A stretch of DNA of 64,000 nucleotides from Lama glama (taxonomy: Eukaryota): the NCBI GenBank assembly GCA_028534125.1, contig CM052832.1:14138001-14202000 (forward strand), given 5' to 3'. The position numbers and the translations under genes are program-made. This document shows, in pieces, positions 25,665 to 39,400 of this stretch (positions are counted from its first letter, which is position 1; the number at the start of each line of letters is the position of its first letter). The notes beneath the pieces are model-generated. The model had not been told where the DNA came from, made no database searches, and worked only from the letters and a program-made list of their open reading frames with translations.

Positions 25665-26164
25665 NNNNNNNNNNNNNNNNNNNNNNNNNNNNNNNNNNNN
25701 NNNNNNNNNNNNNNNNNNNNNNNNNNNNNNNNNNNNNNNNNNNNNNNNNNNNNNNNNNNNNNNNNNNNNNNNNNNNNNNNNNNNNNNNNNNNNNNNNNNN
25801 NNNNNNNNNNNNNNNNNNNNNNNNNNNNNNNNNNNNNNNNNNNNNNNNNNNNNNNNNNNNNNNNNNNNNNNNNNNNNNNNNNNNNNNNNNNNNNNNNNNN
25901 NNNNNNNNNNNNNNNNNNNNNNNNNNNNNNNNNNNNNNNNNNNNNNNNNNNNNNNNNNNNNNNNNNNNNNNNNNNNNNNNNNNNNNNNNNNNNNNNNNNN
26001 NNNNNNNNNNNNNNNNNNNNNNNNNNNNNNNNNNNNNNNNNNNNNNNNNNNNNNNNNNNNNNNNNNNNNNNNNNNNNNNNNNNNNNNNNNNNNNNNNNNN
26101 NNNNNNNNNNNNNNNNNNNNNNNNNNNNNNNNNNNNNNNNNNNNNNNNNNNNNNNNNNNNNNNN
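25665..26164. other. Assembly gap (500 N)
   Basis: Run of N. Confidence 1.
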
Positions 26165-26231
26165 TTATGGTTCCCCCCACCCCACAATGCAGAAGAAATT
26201 TTTAAAATGTGTATACAGTAAATCATTTCTT

Positions 26232-26350
26232 TTGGTGGGGGGAGGTAATTATGTTTAATTCATTTTTTAACGGCGGTATGGGGGATTGAACCCAGAATCT
26301 TGTGCATGCTAAGCACACTCTACCACTGAGCTATTCCCTACCCACCCCCA
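26232..26350 (-). mobile_element. tRNA-derived SINE (Vic-1-like)
   Basis: ggaggtaattatgttt...gggattgaacccag...gcatgctaagc..ctaccactgagcta. Confidence 0.8.
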
Positions 26351-28218
26351 TAGTAACTTTTTTTTTTACAATAATAAGACTTTCATTTTATTTTATAGAC
26401 TTGTAGTTTTGTGTATACTACCTGAAACTTAGAAATTTTTGTGTGTCTGCTAGATTTTTGAAAGGTCTGTCTACTTCAAGATAATATACAAATTTTCCCA
26501 TGTGTTTCTTCTAGTTTTTTTTTATTGTATAAATATATCAGGTTTATCCATTTTCCTGTTGATGAAAATTTTTGTTGTTTTTAAGTTTTTGCTATTGCTG
26601 TAATGAATTTGTATACGAGTCTTGGTATAATTTGGTGGGTTTCACTCTAGGGTATTTTGTCAGGCTGGCTTTTCCAGGAAATAGATTTGGAGGTTTACTT
26701 GCAGGACACTCAGTGAGGAGTGCTCTTTAGAACACCTGTAAGGAACTGAAGGAAGCAGGACTGGAGATAGAGAGAAATTAAACTGCAATGTAGTTATGAC
26801 AGAGGCCTCAGCTCCGGAGCTGGGATGATTCTTCCCATTGTCTCAAATTGGAGCAGGGAGGCTGGCCTCATACCCACGTGTTGGGTATAGGTGGCCCCCT
26901 GAGGAGGGGATGTGCTTATCCTGGGCAAGGCAGCTCCCCTCACTAGGAGCAACTTCCTGAGAGGAACTCAGCTGTGAGCCCTGCCTGCATGGAAATCATG
27001 CCTGGGTTCTGAGGAGCACATCCATGGGCATGTTTTAACTTTATTAGATTTTGCCAAATGTTTAAGTTGATTATAGCAACGTCCACTCTCTTCTGCAGCA
27101 GATGAGTTAGTATTGCTATTCTTCCTGTCCATGTTTTCTATCTTGGTTTTCCTAAGCCATTTTCTGGGTAATATCTACAGATCTTCTTTGAGCTGCAAAA
27201 GATGATTTCTTTGGCTATGTCTAATCTGTTTTTTAATTCATTGAGTTTTTTCCTTTGTTCTAGAAGTTCCAGGAATTTCTTTTAAATTGTTTTTTTCCCC
27301 TTAACAAGCAAACTGTTTCTTTCTTATGGTTTTCATTTCTTTTTATTTTTTAATAATATAAAACTTGTCTTCTATGCTATAACCAACAGCTCTATTTTTT
27401 GATGTCCTGGGGTGCTAACTTCACTGCTGGTTCTATTTGTTTTCATGCTGGCTTGTTTCTTCCTATTTGTAATTTTGTGAGAGTTCTGTACTGTCTGTCT
27501 CTCCTCCAGAAAGGTTTGTATCTGCTTTTTTCCAGGATCCCCAGAGATATTACCAGTGTGGGACTCATTTCTTCCTTTTTCTTTAATAAACTTTTTCAAG
27601 TTTCAGAAGTGTTATAGAATTATTGCAAACATAGTTATCTTCTAATTCTCTTAAAGTTGCGTTCTTCTCTTTCAGCCTAAATTTTTTATTCACGTGTCCC
27701 GAGTCTCTGTGAAGATAGCGCCAACGGAAGAAAAGGAGGAAACCGGGTTGTCAACTAAGAAGAGGGAAGCCCTGATGTCTTGTGGGGTTAAAAACTGATA
27801 GTGAATGACAGGCTTTGGATTTGCAAGTCCCTCATTCCACCCAAGGCCCACCCAGGGGAAGCTGCCTCCTCATGGACCCTTCTGAGACCCTCCCAGACCT
27901 CCTCAGACCTATCCCTGGTTTGTGCCATGGTACCACACATCCTTTCCAGGGGCTGTGTATCCTTTTTCTCCTCCCACCCCGAATGCTCCCAGCACCACAG
28001 ATCTGCTGAACAGCGCGGAAGGTGAGGAGGAAAGATGGGCAGCTCTCACAAGCCAGAATCAACACCCCCAGCCAGCACTCCACAGTCTCATTTGCCCAGC
28101 CCGGTCTCCTGCTCTGTGCACTGGATATAGAAGAGGGAGAGGAGTTCGATCAGCCTCCAGGAAAAACACTGTAAAGAACTGAGTTAGCCTAAATCAACTC
28201 TTAAATATTTAATTCCCA

Positions 28219-28224
28219 TTTATT
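28219..28224 (-). terminator. PPARD polyadenylation signal (AATAAA); 3' UTR ~28200-30179
   Basis: AATAAA in ...ctttaaataaatgggaattaaatatttaa ~1.95 kb after the stop, resembling the PPARD mRNA 3' end as I recall it. Confidence 0.75.
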
Positions 28225-30179
28225 TAAAGTTCCATCAGTCTGTGTACACTATTTATATTAAAAACACAGGAAGCTGGGGCTCCTAGCAAAAATATACATT
28301 TCAATTTTGGAGATTGTTTAGATACTGAGAAGAGCTGCATCCTCAGTACCAGACCTGGGCGGGGGATGAGGATGGGGGGGGCGCTCAGTGCCTCTCCCTT
28401 CACAGCGCTGGCCCAAAAGGAGTGCCCCAACCCAAATCCCTGGTCAGCCGAGGATGGGAGTGGAGAGGGAAGAATCTTGCCAGCAGAGAGGGATCCTGGG
28501 GCATGGAAAGGCTCCTTGGGAAGGAAGACCAGACAGGAACCAGAAAGCCTGGGTTCTAACCCCAAGCCTCCTGCCACCTTTCTCTGTGACCTCAGCCAGC
28601 CCCTCACCCCGCCAGGCCCGCTTCCTCCCTGGGAAAGCAGCCTGCGGGGCTCTCTGCTCTCTTGCTCAGAAGGGGCTCCAAGCTGTGATCCAGCTCTAAC
28701 TCTGAGGCTAGTGCACTTCCCTGGGTAGAAGGGGGACGGGAGGGACAGGGCCCAGGAGAGGCACTGGACCCAGTAAGGTCCCTGGTCACCGGAGGTGCTG
28801 CAGGGAGAGTTCCAGGTGACCAGCTGGGCCAAATACAAGGAAAGGGGAGGGCAGCAGAGCTGCTGGGACAGATGGATGTCATAACACGCTGGGTAAGTTT
28901 ATCCCAGGTGCCTCCACTGTGAACAGGTGCTGGGCTGGGTCAGCAGGACTCCTCTGCCCACCAAGGGATCTGGCCCAGCCCCGGGAATAAGGGCGCAGCT
29001 CTGCCGGTCCACCTGTAGCCCCTCTGGGCACTCACCTGTCTCGCAGAGGGGAGAGTGGGGGGTGTGGGACCTACAGGTAAAGTGATCTCAGTGCTCGTGG
29101 TGTGTGCTGGAGGGGCTCCAGGGAGTGTGTGGGGGGCGAGGGCTTCGGCCGGGCTGGAGCCAGTGTCAGTGTCTCCCGGCCAGAGAAAAGAGTGCATTTG
29201 AGGCCAGGCCCTGGCACTGGGCAGAGGGGTGGGAGTTGTGGTGCTGACACAACATGGGCAGGACTCGGTGGCTGCTGCAGAGGAGTGGAGAGTGGGGTGC
29301 TGACGGGGGAGCCACCCCAAGGCCTGAGGTCAGAATCAAGTTTACCATTTGCTGCCTTCCCTACCAAAGTCCACCTCCCTTGAGGGCGCTGCTCCTCTTC
29401 AATTGCGTTGGAGGAGGTGTATTCCTGCCTGGAGGGAACCCCACCTCTATCCAGGCTGGCAGGGGGGCATCCCCCAGCGGCCAGCACAGGGGGCCATCAG
29501 CGACAGTGGCCTGGAAGACCAGTGAAAAGAATGGAAGGGTGGTGGGTATCAGTGAGGCTGAGGCATGCTGCGGAAGCGGGGGTCCACTGAATCGGTACCA
29601 GCCTCAGCCTCGGGAGGGTGGGGTCAGTCTGGGTGCGGTGTCCTCCCCCAGGGACCCAGTGACCCACTGCAGTCAGCCCAGGCCCTGCTTGGCTTCCCCA
29701 GGAAGCCAGGCCCAGAGAACTTAGTGTTTCTTTGTTTGGATGGCTGAGTCCTTTGCTGTGCAGACAGAAGTGAGGCCCTGCCCCTCAAAGGTGACTGTGG
29801 GTGCAGAGGGCAGGCCTTTCCCTTTCTGCTCTGGGGCCCGGGGGGCAAAAGCAGAGGTCCTGTTCTATGCTGCTGGTGAAATAACACAAACTGTCTCACA
29901 GGAAGAGAAAGAGGGACAGAGATGGAAAGAAGAGTGAGACTTACAGCGAGGAAACAGGGGACAGAGCAAAGAAATAAGAGAAGAAAGAAGGGCTGAGGAG
30001 GGAGACAAGGAAGGGAGAGGGAGGCAGGGGATACACGGAGCGAGGGGCCGTATGTCCAGGCAGCCGTGAGTGTGATCCCGCAGCTGGGGCGCCATGCCGA
30101 GTGCTCAAGGGCTGGTCAACGGAGAAGTCCCATGGGCGGCGCCTGCCCCGATGCTTGGCCCTCCAAGGCCTGCTGCCCC

Positions 30180-30427
30180 TCAGTACATGTCCTTGTAGAT
30201 CTCCTGGAGCAGGGGGTGCAGCGAGGTTTCTGTCTCGGTCTTCTTGATCCGCTGCATCATCTGAGCATGCTCGGTGACCAGCTGCCGCAGGTCAGCCATC
30301 TTCTGCAGCAGCTTGGGGAAGAGGTACTGTGCGTCGGGGTGGTTGACCTGCAGGTGGAACTCGAGGGCACGCAGGATGGTGTCCTGGATGGCCTCCACCT
30401 GTGACACGTTCATGAGGCCTGGCCGGT
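30180..30427 (-). CDS. PPARD: PPARD last coding exon (AF-2)
   Basis: 248 nt; [22 protein letters not shown]...[13 protein letters not shown]. Confidence 0.97.
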
Positions 30428-33400
30428 CTGTGGTGGGCACAGAGCAGAGGTGTGGGGGGAAGCAGGCATATGTGGGATCTCAGAAGGGCAGAGGAGCTCC
30501 CCTAACCCTACCTGCATTGGTGACTGAACTTTGGGGGCAGTGGGCCTGCTTGCTGTGACAGACACAAGCCCTGTGCTATCAGTGACTGCCCCTCTGAGTG
30601 TTCTAGTCCCCTACCTCCTTTATTCCCCGCAACTAGGCAGCATTGTATCATGGTTAGGAGACTCCCTGCCTGAATCCAAATTCTTTCTCTGCTACCGACT
30701 AGCGTTGAGGCTACAGGCAGGTCACTCAGCCTCTCTGGACCTGTTTCCTCATCTGTAGAACGGGGATAACAGAAAGTACCTCTCACACAGAGATGTTACA
30801 AGGATTAAAGAGTTATAATTTAGGAAAAGGAACCAGAACAGTGGCTGGCATGAAGTAAGCTCTGTGCCACTGTCAGCATGCCATAGCAGCATGTCATATT
30901 TATTGTGTTGGAATTTGAAAAATGCAGGTAAAATACAGATTTCTCCACCACCAGAAATAACCCCCATCAACATGCTGGTATATTTCCTTTCAGTCTTTTT
31001 CCTATCTCCTCTCTGTCTACGTCAGATGGAGTTGGTTCTCACAGTTACTGCCTTACATGCTCCACAGCCACCATCACACAGACACTTCCCTATGCTGCCT
31101 GGTTTAGGCTCGGAGCCCTGCAGCGAGGGTCCCACCTCAGGAGTCAGACCCTAGGAGGGCTGACGGTGTGGAGCTGGCCCACTGCCCCACCCTCACTTAC
31201 CTCCACACAGAATGATGGCCGCGATGAAGAGAGCCAGGTCACTGTCATCAAGTTCCAGGGCATTGAACTTGACAGCAAATTCGAACTTGGGCTCGATGAT
31301 GTCACTGAAGGGCTTTCGGAGGCTGCGCAGGAACTCACGGGTGACAAAGCCAGTGCCGTTGGCCACCAGCAGCCCGTCCTTATTGACAATGGAGGCCAGC
31401 ATGGCGAAGATGGCCTCATGCACACCATACTTGAGGAGGGTCACCTGGTCGTTGAGGAAGAGGTTGCTGAAGCTGGGGATGCTCTTGGCGAACTCGGTGA
31501 GCTCACGCACGGTCTCCACTGTGGTACACTGGCAGCGGTAGAAGACATGCACGCTGATCTCCTTGTAGGGGGGCAGACCATTCACCAGCTGCTTCCATAC
31601 CAGGCCCTTCTCCGCCTGCCACAATGTCTCGATGTCGTGGATCACAAAGGGCTGAAAACCAGGCCCCGTTAGAGGCCAGGCCTCAGGAGACCCCCGCCCA
31701 TGTGTTACCCATACCCCTTGCCTGTACCACGAAGTGCAGGGAAGGAAGAGGCCTGGTTCTCCCAGGAGCCAGGCAGGGCCCCGAGCCCAGGATGCTGCCA
31801 GGCTGAGCAATGACACTCACCGCTGTGTGGCTGGCCTTGCCGGTGAGGATGCCGCGGGCCTTCTTTTTGGTCATGTTGAAGTTTTTCAGGTAGGCATTGT
31901 AGATGTGCTTGGAGAAGGCCTTCAGGTCAGCCACCTGGGGGTTGTGCTGACTCCCCTCATTCGCCGTCAGCCCTGCCACCAGCTTCCTCTTCTCAGCCTC
32001 TGGCATCCGGCCAAAGCGGATGGCTGCATGGAAAAGGGGCCATCACGGAGGAGCCTAGGCAGAGGCCAGCATCTCTAACCTCCTCGTTCCTCCACAGGTA
32101 CACAGGCCAAAGACAAAGACAGTTTTTGAGCACAGGGCCTTCAGAAGCTCTAAAGCCAGCAAGTTGGAATACTGGGGAACTCCTCCAGAATGTAAGCTCC
32201 AGGGGCAGCGCGCTTCTGTCTGTCTTGTTCACAGCACCCGGCACACAGGACTGTAACTCACAGAGTGACTGAGCCAGTCTGGCTGGAAGGTGGTGCAGCG
32301 TGGTGGGCAGAAAGACTGTCTTTGGTGTCAGAGGTCTGTGCTGTAAGTTCCAGCTCAGAAGCTTCCTAGCCATGTGACCTTAGGCAGGCTATCTCATTTT
32401 CTCTTTTCGTGAGAAAATTGGGGCTAATACTTAAATCTCACTAGATTGTCAGAACAACTGAGTAGAGTATTCACACAGTAAGCACTCAGAAATTGTAATG
32501 GATAGAATATGAATCTGGCTTCTTTCAGAGAAAAAGTGAGAAGAATTCAGTCAGCCCTGAGATCTCCTAGGAAACCCCCTCTCCCCACCCAAGGGATGGG
32601 GCCCTGGCAGATACAGACTAATGGGATCAAACCCCAGACCTGCCGCCCTCTAAGATGCCAGACAAGTACCTGTGGGTGGAGAAAACTGAACAAGAGGCTC
32701 TTCCCTGTCCGCTGGAGGCCTGACCCAAAGAGGCAAAGAGGGGGCAGGTGGACCATGCAAAACCTGCCTCTTTAAGTCTGAAGACAAGACTCTGCAGGAG
32801 GCCGAGAGCCCAGGGCAGAGCAGGTTCTGATCACTTACTGGCTCCTCAACAACCAAGAAGGGCTGAGGGGATCCTTGGCCTTGGCAGTGGCTTCTCATGC
32901 CGTGTCAGGTCATCCAAGACAGACTGGAGGTTCTGGGAGTGGGGTTTCCAACACTGTTGGAGTTGGGTTCAACTCCCAGTTCCCTTCTGGGCCAGAGAGG
33001 GTGAGTCTCAGGCACAGACAGGTGATGACTGCCGCCAGCCGGGGAAGCACAGCGGGTCCCGGCAGTCTGGGGAGGCAGACCCCATGCCAGCCAGTGTTGG
33101 CTGTGAGATCAGCAAGGTCAACAGAGACACGTGTGCTTACTGTGTGCTGGGCAATGCTGAGGGCCCCCCTTCCCGGGCGCCCTGGAACCTGGCTTCAGCA
33201 GCATGGGACCCGTGCTCTCACCGTTGTGTGACATGCCCAGCGCCAGGCATTTCTGGAAGCGGCAGTACTGGCACTTGTTGCGGTTCTTCTTCTGGATCTT
33301 GCAGATCCGCTCACACTTCTCGTATTCCAGCTTCATGCGGATCGTCCGACGGAAGAAGCCCTGCCAGGCGCAAACAGATGAGGAAGAGACAAGCCACAAG

Positions 33401-36400
33401 GAAGGGGGAGAGGTTAAGAATCCTGCTCTGCCCACTGGGTTGCGCCAGGGGGCCTGATTAGGCATAAAATGTAAAATTCCTGCAAACTGGAAGTAATGGG
33501 GGAAACCGGTTTTGGAGGGAAGAGGGAGAAAGAAAGTAAACTCTAAAGCTTTTGAAATAATTAAAATAATATACCACATTTACTGTAAGTGCTTCTTTGG
33601 TAACATAAAACTGTATTGTAGTTAACTTGATTTATTTATAAATATATCTGGTTCTGCATCTTTTCTAGGTAGTCGTTTAACGAATAATATGAGAAAAGGC
33701 TTCAAGGCACAGGAAATCCTGACCTCTAGAAGATGGCTCAGCCCAAGACCCTCATTCTGATCTGCCTGTTTTCTTGTGTCAGGTCCCCGGTGGGTGCCAG
33801 GAACCCAGAGAGCCCAGGTGAATGACTGGGTCAGACCACCAGTGCCCAGCAGGGCAGGGCTGGGGAGGGAAGCCTTTGTCTCCAGCAGGGCCCAGCACTA
33901 AGCCTGGAATGGGCTCAAGAGCCTGGCTGCCTCCCCGGCAGGAATTCCACAGTGGGAATGGTCAAGGCCCTGCCCAGCAGAAAGGAAAGCCTTTCTGGCA
34001 GGTCAACTAACCATGTGATCACAGCCCGAACAGGCAGCCACCCTCTCCCCTGGCCATACCTTGCACCCCTCGCATGCGTGCACACCGTAGTGGAAGCCTG
34101 ATGCCTTGTCCCCGCACACGCGGCACTCCATGTTGAGGCTGCCACACGAGGCCTCGTCACAGCCCATCTGCAGCTGGTCCAGCAGTGAGGGGGGGGAGCA
34201 GCTCCGGGAGAGGTCTGCAGACACAACACAAGGGTGGCTTCATGTTCCGCTGGGCCTGTGGGCCAGGGAAGGTGAGCAGAGCCCACAGGGCAGCACAATG
34301 GCGCGAAGAACTTCTGAATCACAGAGTCTTGGCTCAGAGGATCAGCATCTTCATCCAGAATGTGGGGCTAATGACAGCTTCTCTGGGAGGGCAAGTGTCC
34401 AAAGCGTTTCCCCCAAATGGACACACAGCTGATGTTTCAGAAATGTAGCTTATTATCTGGGGTAAGTCAGAGACTTCAAGGGCTGAACTCACTGTTGGGG
34501 AGAAGGTGTGGTGAGGGGGGTGGCTATGTTTTGGAAGGAGGGAAACAAGAGGGAAGAAGCAGACAGGTTCTCCTTAGGAAGTAGCTCTCCTGGCTTAAGA
34601 GGCTCTACTGTGTGGGCCTGTGGGGGATGGTGTGAAATGTGTTTTGGAGACTGGAGAAGTGCAGACCTCTGCAGAGCTCACCTTCCCCACCCCCGGAAAC
34701 TGATTTCTGCATGGACTCCAGAGATGCTGTAAAGGATCTCTCAAGAAGCTCGAATCGATTCCCACGAAACTTCTTGCTCGAGTGGAAAGATCGGAGGTCT
34801 CAGTCATGCTGACTGGCCAGCAGACTGAGTCTCAAGTTTTTGTTTTTTTTTTTTCTTAAATAAATGCAGATGTCTGAACCAGGTGTTGAGAGTGCCAGCA
34901 AGGAAAGCAGGTAGCCATGGCAGTGACTTCAGGTATTTGTGCTGTCAGATGACTTAGTAAGAATGCCTGGGAGTTTCTTCTAAATCTCTTCTTTGGACAC
35001 TCAGAAACGAACCCTTCCCTGGGAAAGGGGACGTGCTGTGAGCCCCAGTCTCCGGCCTCCCAGCCCAGTTCCCGCTGATGAACCCCTACACCGCCCATCC
35101 CGCCACAGCCAGGCTGGCCTGACAGTCCTCTATTCTCCTCCTTCTTCCATGATGACTGAGCAACCTCCTCAGGGGCAGGGGCCAAATCTCCAGACCAGAT
35201 CAGTGGCTCAGGGCAGGACAGTGCCTTAAGGAGACCCAAGCCACAGGAACGAGCCCAGACTTAGAGTTTTCCAGGCCTGCCTTCCAACCTCTCTACAATA
35301 CAGTCACCCCGCACAAGATCTTGATTCTCTCCCAGGAGTAACTCCCCCCCAAGACCACAGCATCCTCCATTCCCCCTATACCCTCCCACTCGCTCCCATA
35401 GGGCCGCCTAGGGTCCGAGGAATGACAGCAGGAAAGCCTCTAGGAAGACCCCACCCCGCCCACAGCAAGGGGCGCACAAGCACCAGACCACAGCAGAGGA
35501 CCCACCAGCCTATTACTCTCCAGGGCTGGGGAGCACAGGGATGTCGTGAGTCCCTGGTTCCTGAAACAAACAGCCTGTCCTGTCCCAGAGCCTTAGCTCC
35601 CAAGCTTCAGTCATTCCAAGGGGTGTTAACTGCACCCTCCTCAGTCCATGGACAGGGCAGAGTGGACTCCCTCCATCTCTTAGGTCCATGCTGTGAGGAG
35701 CCAGCAGCCTGGGGGGCAAAGCTGCTTTGGTCTTCTGAACAGCCTTTGTTATGACCTGACTCTGTTTACTCAGTGTTGGGCACCCTCCACCAAAACACAA
35801 GAGCCATGAGGCACCTCTGCCACCAGAGCGCCGCTGCTGGACGTGGAGCAGGTACTCCACGACTCTGGACTACATGGCCCTCAAGCAACCTGGACAGCCT
35901 GGCTGCACGGCCAAGCACAGGACCCGCCACTCCTGGAGGCATTATCGTAGGAGCCACAGGACTCCCATTACCAGCTGCCAGGAGAAATCAGAGAGAAGGC
36001 AAAAACACTCTGTAGAGACCTGGGCAGGGAGGGTTTCCGGCACTTCCTCCCCCATCTGTGTGGTCTGTGTGCATGTTAGCTTTCTTGCACTTCTCGTAAG
36101 CATGTTGTTTTTGTGGTTTGCACCTCTGCCTCCCCTACTAGACTCAGCATATCTCTACTCACATCCCCTTTGGATCTCAGTGGTCACCTCCTCCAACGAG
36201 TCTTATCCACAGTGATCAGCCACCTCAGACTGTTCCCACCTCTTGGTGGTGCCTTCCTCGTCCACAATCGTGGTCCTGGAGGCCTGGCAGGTGTCTGATC
36301 ACTTCGCTACTGTTGGCACTGCATGTGGCACTGACACCCTCTCCCTTCATTCAAAAGACATTTGATGAGCACCTGATGTGTGCAGAGCAGTACCTGGATG

Positions 36401-39400
36401 CTGCCCTCAACCAGCTGAGGTAAGAAAGAGGTGAGAAAACTAGAACACAAGGTAGTGAGCAGCGAGGCCGGCCATGGGCCAGGCAGCGCGGTGCAGGACT
36501 GCCCAGGAGCCATCACGGGGAGTGACGTCAGGCAAGGTGACTGCTCCTCTCTCTGGACCCAAAGGTCAGGGCTCTGAATGACCCTCAAGCTGGCTTCCAG
36601 GTGCTCAGAAGCAGACAGTATTGGGCTGAGAATAGACTGCCCGATGGCCCGGGTTCAAGTTGGTGTCCTAGGTTGAAAACCCAGCCATGTGGCCCGGGTT
36701 CAAGTTGGTGTCCTAGGCTGAAAACCCAGCTCTGCTCCCCGGGCCTGTGTCCCCTTCTGTAAATGGAGATGACAAGAGCATGTGCTGAGAGTCACAGTGA
36801 GAAGTAAAGGAGCTGACAGAAAAAGTTCCTGGAAGCTGGAAGTACTGTGTAAATAACAGCATAAGTTAGGGTGAGGTTCATTATGCTTGGAAAGCTGCAG
36901 TTCCCACGCTGTGCCCCCTACACAGGGCCCATGCCTCTTCCTTCTTCTGGCTGTTTGTTTCTCTTCCCCAACAGCTTCACAGACACCCAAGGTAGGGGTG
37001 GGAGTCCTCCGCATATGAGGCCTGGAGAGCTCTGGAACAAGGCCTATCCTCCTCTTACTTCTCCTGGCTGCCGCTGGCCCTTGCTCAGGAGTGTGAGGAC
37101 CACGGAGAACCCTAGAAGAAGCCATGATGCCCGAGCCCCACAGACCACCAAGGTGGCCACAGCTCTGGATTGTAAAAAAAAAAAAGGCCCAAGGTGAGTG
37201 TCCCAGAGGGGCCCCAGGCAGGAAGAGCTGCAAATGGGGCTTGGGGAAACAAGCCCAGGGCAGTGTGGGAGCCCAGTGGGTGTCCTGCCCCCAGGTGGTG
37301 AACAGGCAAACCTGAGAGCAGTCAGGGAGGCCTGCTGGCAGCAGGGTAATAAGACAAGGGCACCCTTGCCCATTTGAGAGGAATAAGAGAACACAAAAGA
37401 CTGACACATAGGCAAAGAAAGGCAGGGCTGGGGTGGGCGATGTTAATGCATCCCACAGGGGTAGGTTTTGTTGTGAGGCACATGTGTACTAGGGTATTCC
37501 TGTCACCTGGGGGTGAATTTTCCGAAGATAAAGGTTCTTTTTCTTCTTGGTTGACCACCTGGCTTAAAGGTTTATCCTCAAATCACCATCACATCCTACC
37601 CAAAGGTAATGATGGCAGAATGCTCCCGATTCAAGGAACCAGCTTCTGAAAGTCACAGCCCTTCATGACCTTCCAGCAGGAGACTGGGCTTTCAAGAGGC
37701 CCTCCCCCTCACTGGGAGGTCCTGCCTGGGACCCTCAGGCATGCTGGGTGGGAGAGAACCTGGGCTTGCCATGTGAGGCCAGCCCAGCCCAGTCCTCTCA
37801 CCCAGTCCCTTCTCTGCTCTCAGGAGATGCCCCTGCTCACCTGATGGCCATCATCTGGGCCGTGAAGCTTACTCTGAACTGCCATCCTAGCCACCCCACC
37901 TCACCGCCTGCCGGACCTCCCAAACATCTCCTGAAGGCCTACCTCTACCACTACTGGGAGGAGAAGAGGAAAGAAGGAGTTTATTAGGCCCCTACTAAGT
38001 GCAGATCATGTTAGTATCATTTCAAACCACCTTGGAAGACAGTAACTGCCATCACCGAGAGATGAGGAAACTAGGGCTCGAGGAAGTTAAGGAATCTGTC
38101 CAAAGTCACCTGTCTAATGGGTGGGACCTGGGACTTGCCCCTAAACCTGACTTCCCTGCAAAGCCTGTATTTGAACCAGTAACACCTCTTCTTTAGTGCA
38201 TGCCTACTGTGTGCCAGACACTCTACGCTTTACACCATCCATCTCATGTGACCTACAAAACAAAACAACCCTTCAAGCTCATCTTCTTACCCCCCATTTT
38301 ATAAGTTGGGAAACTGAGGCTCAGAAGGTTAAGTAACATGCTGACAGTGGCTCTGATGGTTCATTTTCTGTCAACTTGGCCAGGTCATGTACCCATGGCA
38401 CCCAGTTTTTGGTCAAACACCAGTCTACATGTTACCATGAAGGTATTTCAGAGGTGATTAACTTCTAAATCATTACTTTCTGTAACGTGAGTAGGCCCCA
38501 GCCAGTCAGTTGAAGGCCTTAAAATAAAGGCCTCAAAATAAGGCCAAGGCCTCCCCCAAGAAGAAGTAATTCTGCCCCCGGACTGCCTTTGGACTCGAGC
38601 TACTTCATCAGCCTCCCCAGGTCTCCCATCTCTTGGTCTGTTTGCAGAATTTCGAGTTGTCAGCCCCTACAGCTGTGTGAGCCAATTCCTTACAATAAAT
38701 CTCTCTCCCTCCCTCTACACACACATTCCCCTCCCCTCCCCCAACACTGCTTGTTCTTCTAGAAACGCTAACAAATTCAGTGGCAGAGTGAGAATTTTAA
38801 CTTAGAACCATCCAACCCCTAGGGCTGAGGTCTTACCCACTGCACTTTACAACTTCCCGTGTGTGTGTGTGCATGTTCATTATTCCTAATCAATAATTTC
38901 TGATTATGATAAACCATAGACACATCACTGCTGAGGATAACATGATATCATTATTCGAATATTTGGACTAAGCATAAACACTGGCCGCACCACCCAGAGA
39001 GTGAAATATCAGCTGCAGCATCTTTGATTACAAGTTCAGCAGACACTATTGACCTTATTTACATCATTCACCTGTGGTAGAGAGTTCTCCTGAATTTCTA
39101 GTCTCCATCGCAGGAGGTATGCTGTTGTCATAGCTGTGAGGGTGGCCAGGAGGCAACAGCCCTGGCTATTTACTCTGCTGGCAGAGCCCCATAGGTAAAT
39201 AGCTTCTGAATTCAGGGCCAATTCTGCGGAACCCTGGGGCTAGGTTACCAGTCTCCTTACTTCTATTGTCCTGTTATCACCTGGACGGGGAGCTCCTCGG
39301 GGCAGGCCCTCAGCCTTGCCCTTCACTGAATGGTAGCCCCTGCCTGAATACCCACCAAGTGCTTGCTGAGTGAGAGGAGGTCCAAGGGCAGGAGGAAGGA

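Noticed and set aside
28224..28838. 204-aa ORF in the PPARD 3' UTR
   Set aside because: Non-ATG start, GC-rich, no recognisable domain
32748..33461. Plus-strand ORFs antisense to PPARD and FANCE exons (also 31166-31672 and 9753-10352)
   Set aside because: Antisense shadows of GC3-rich coding exons
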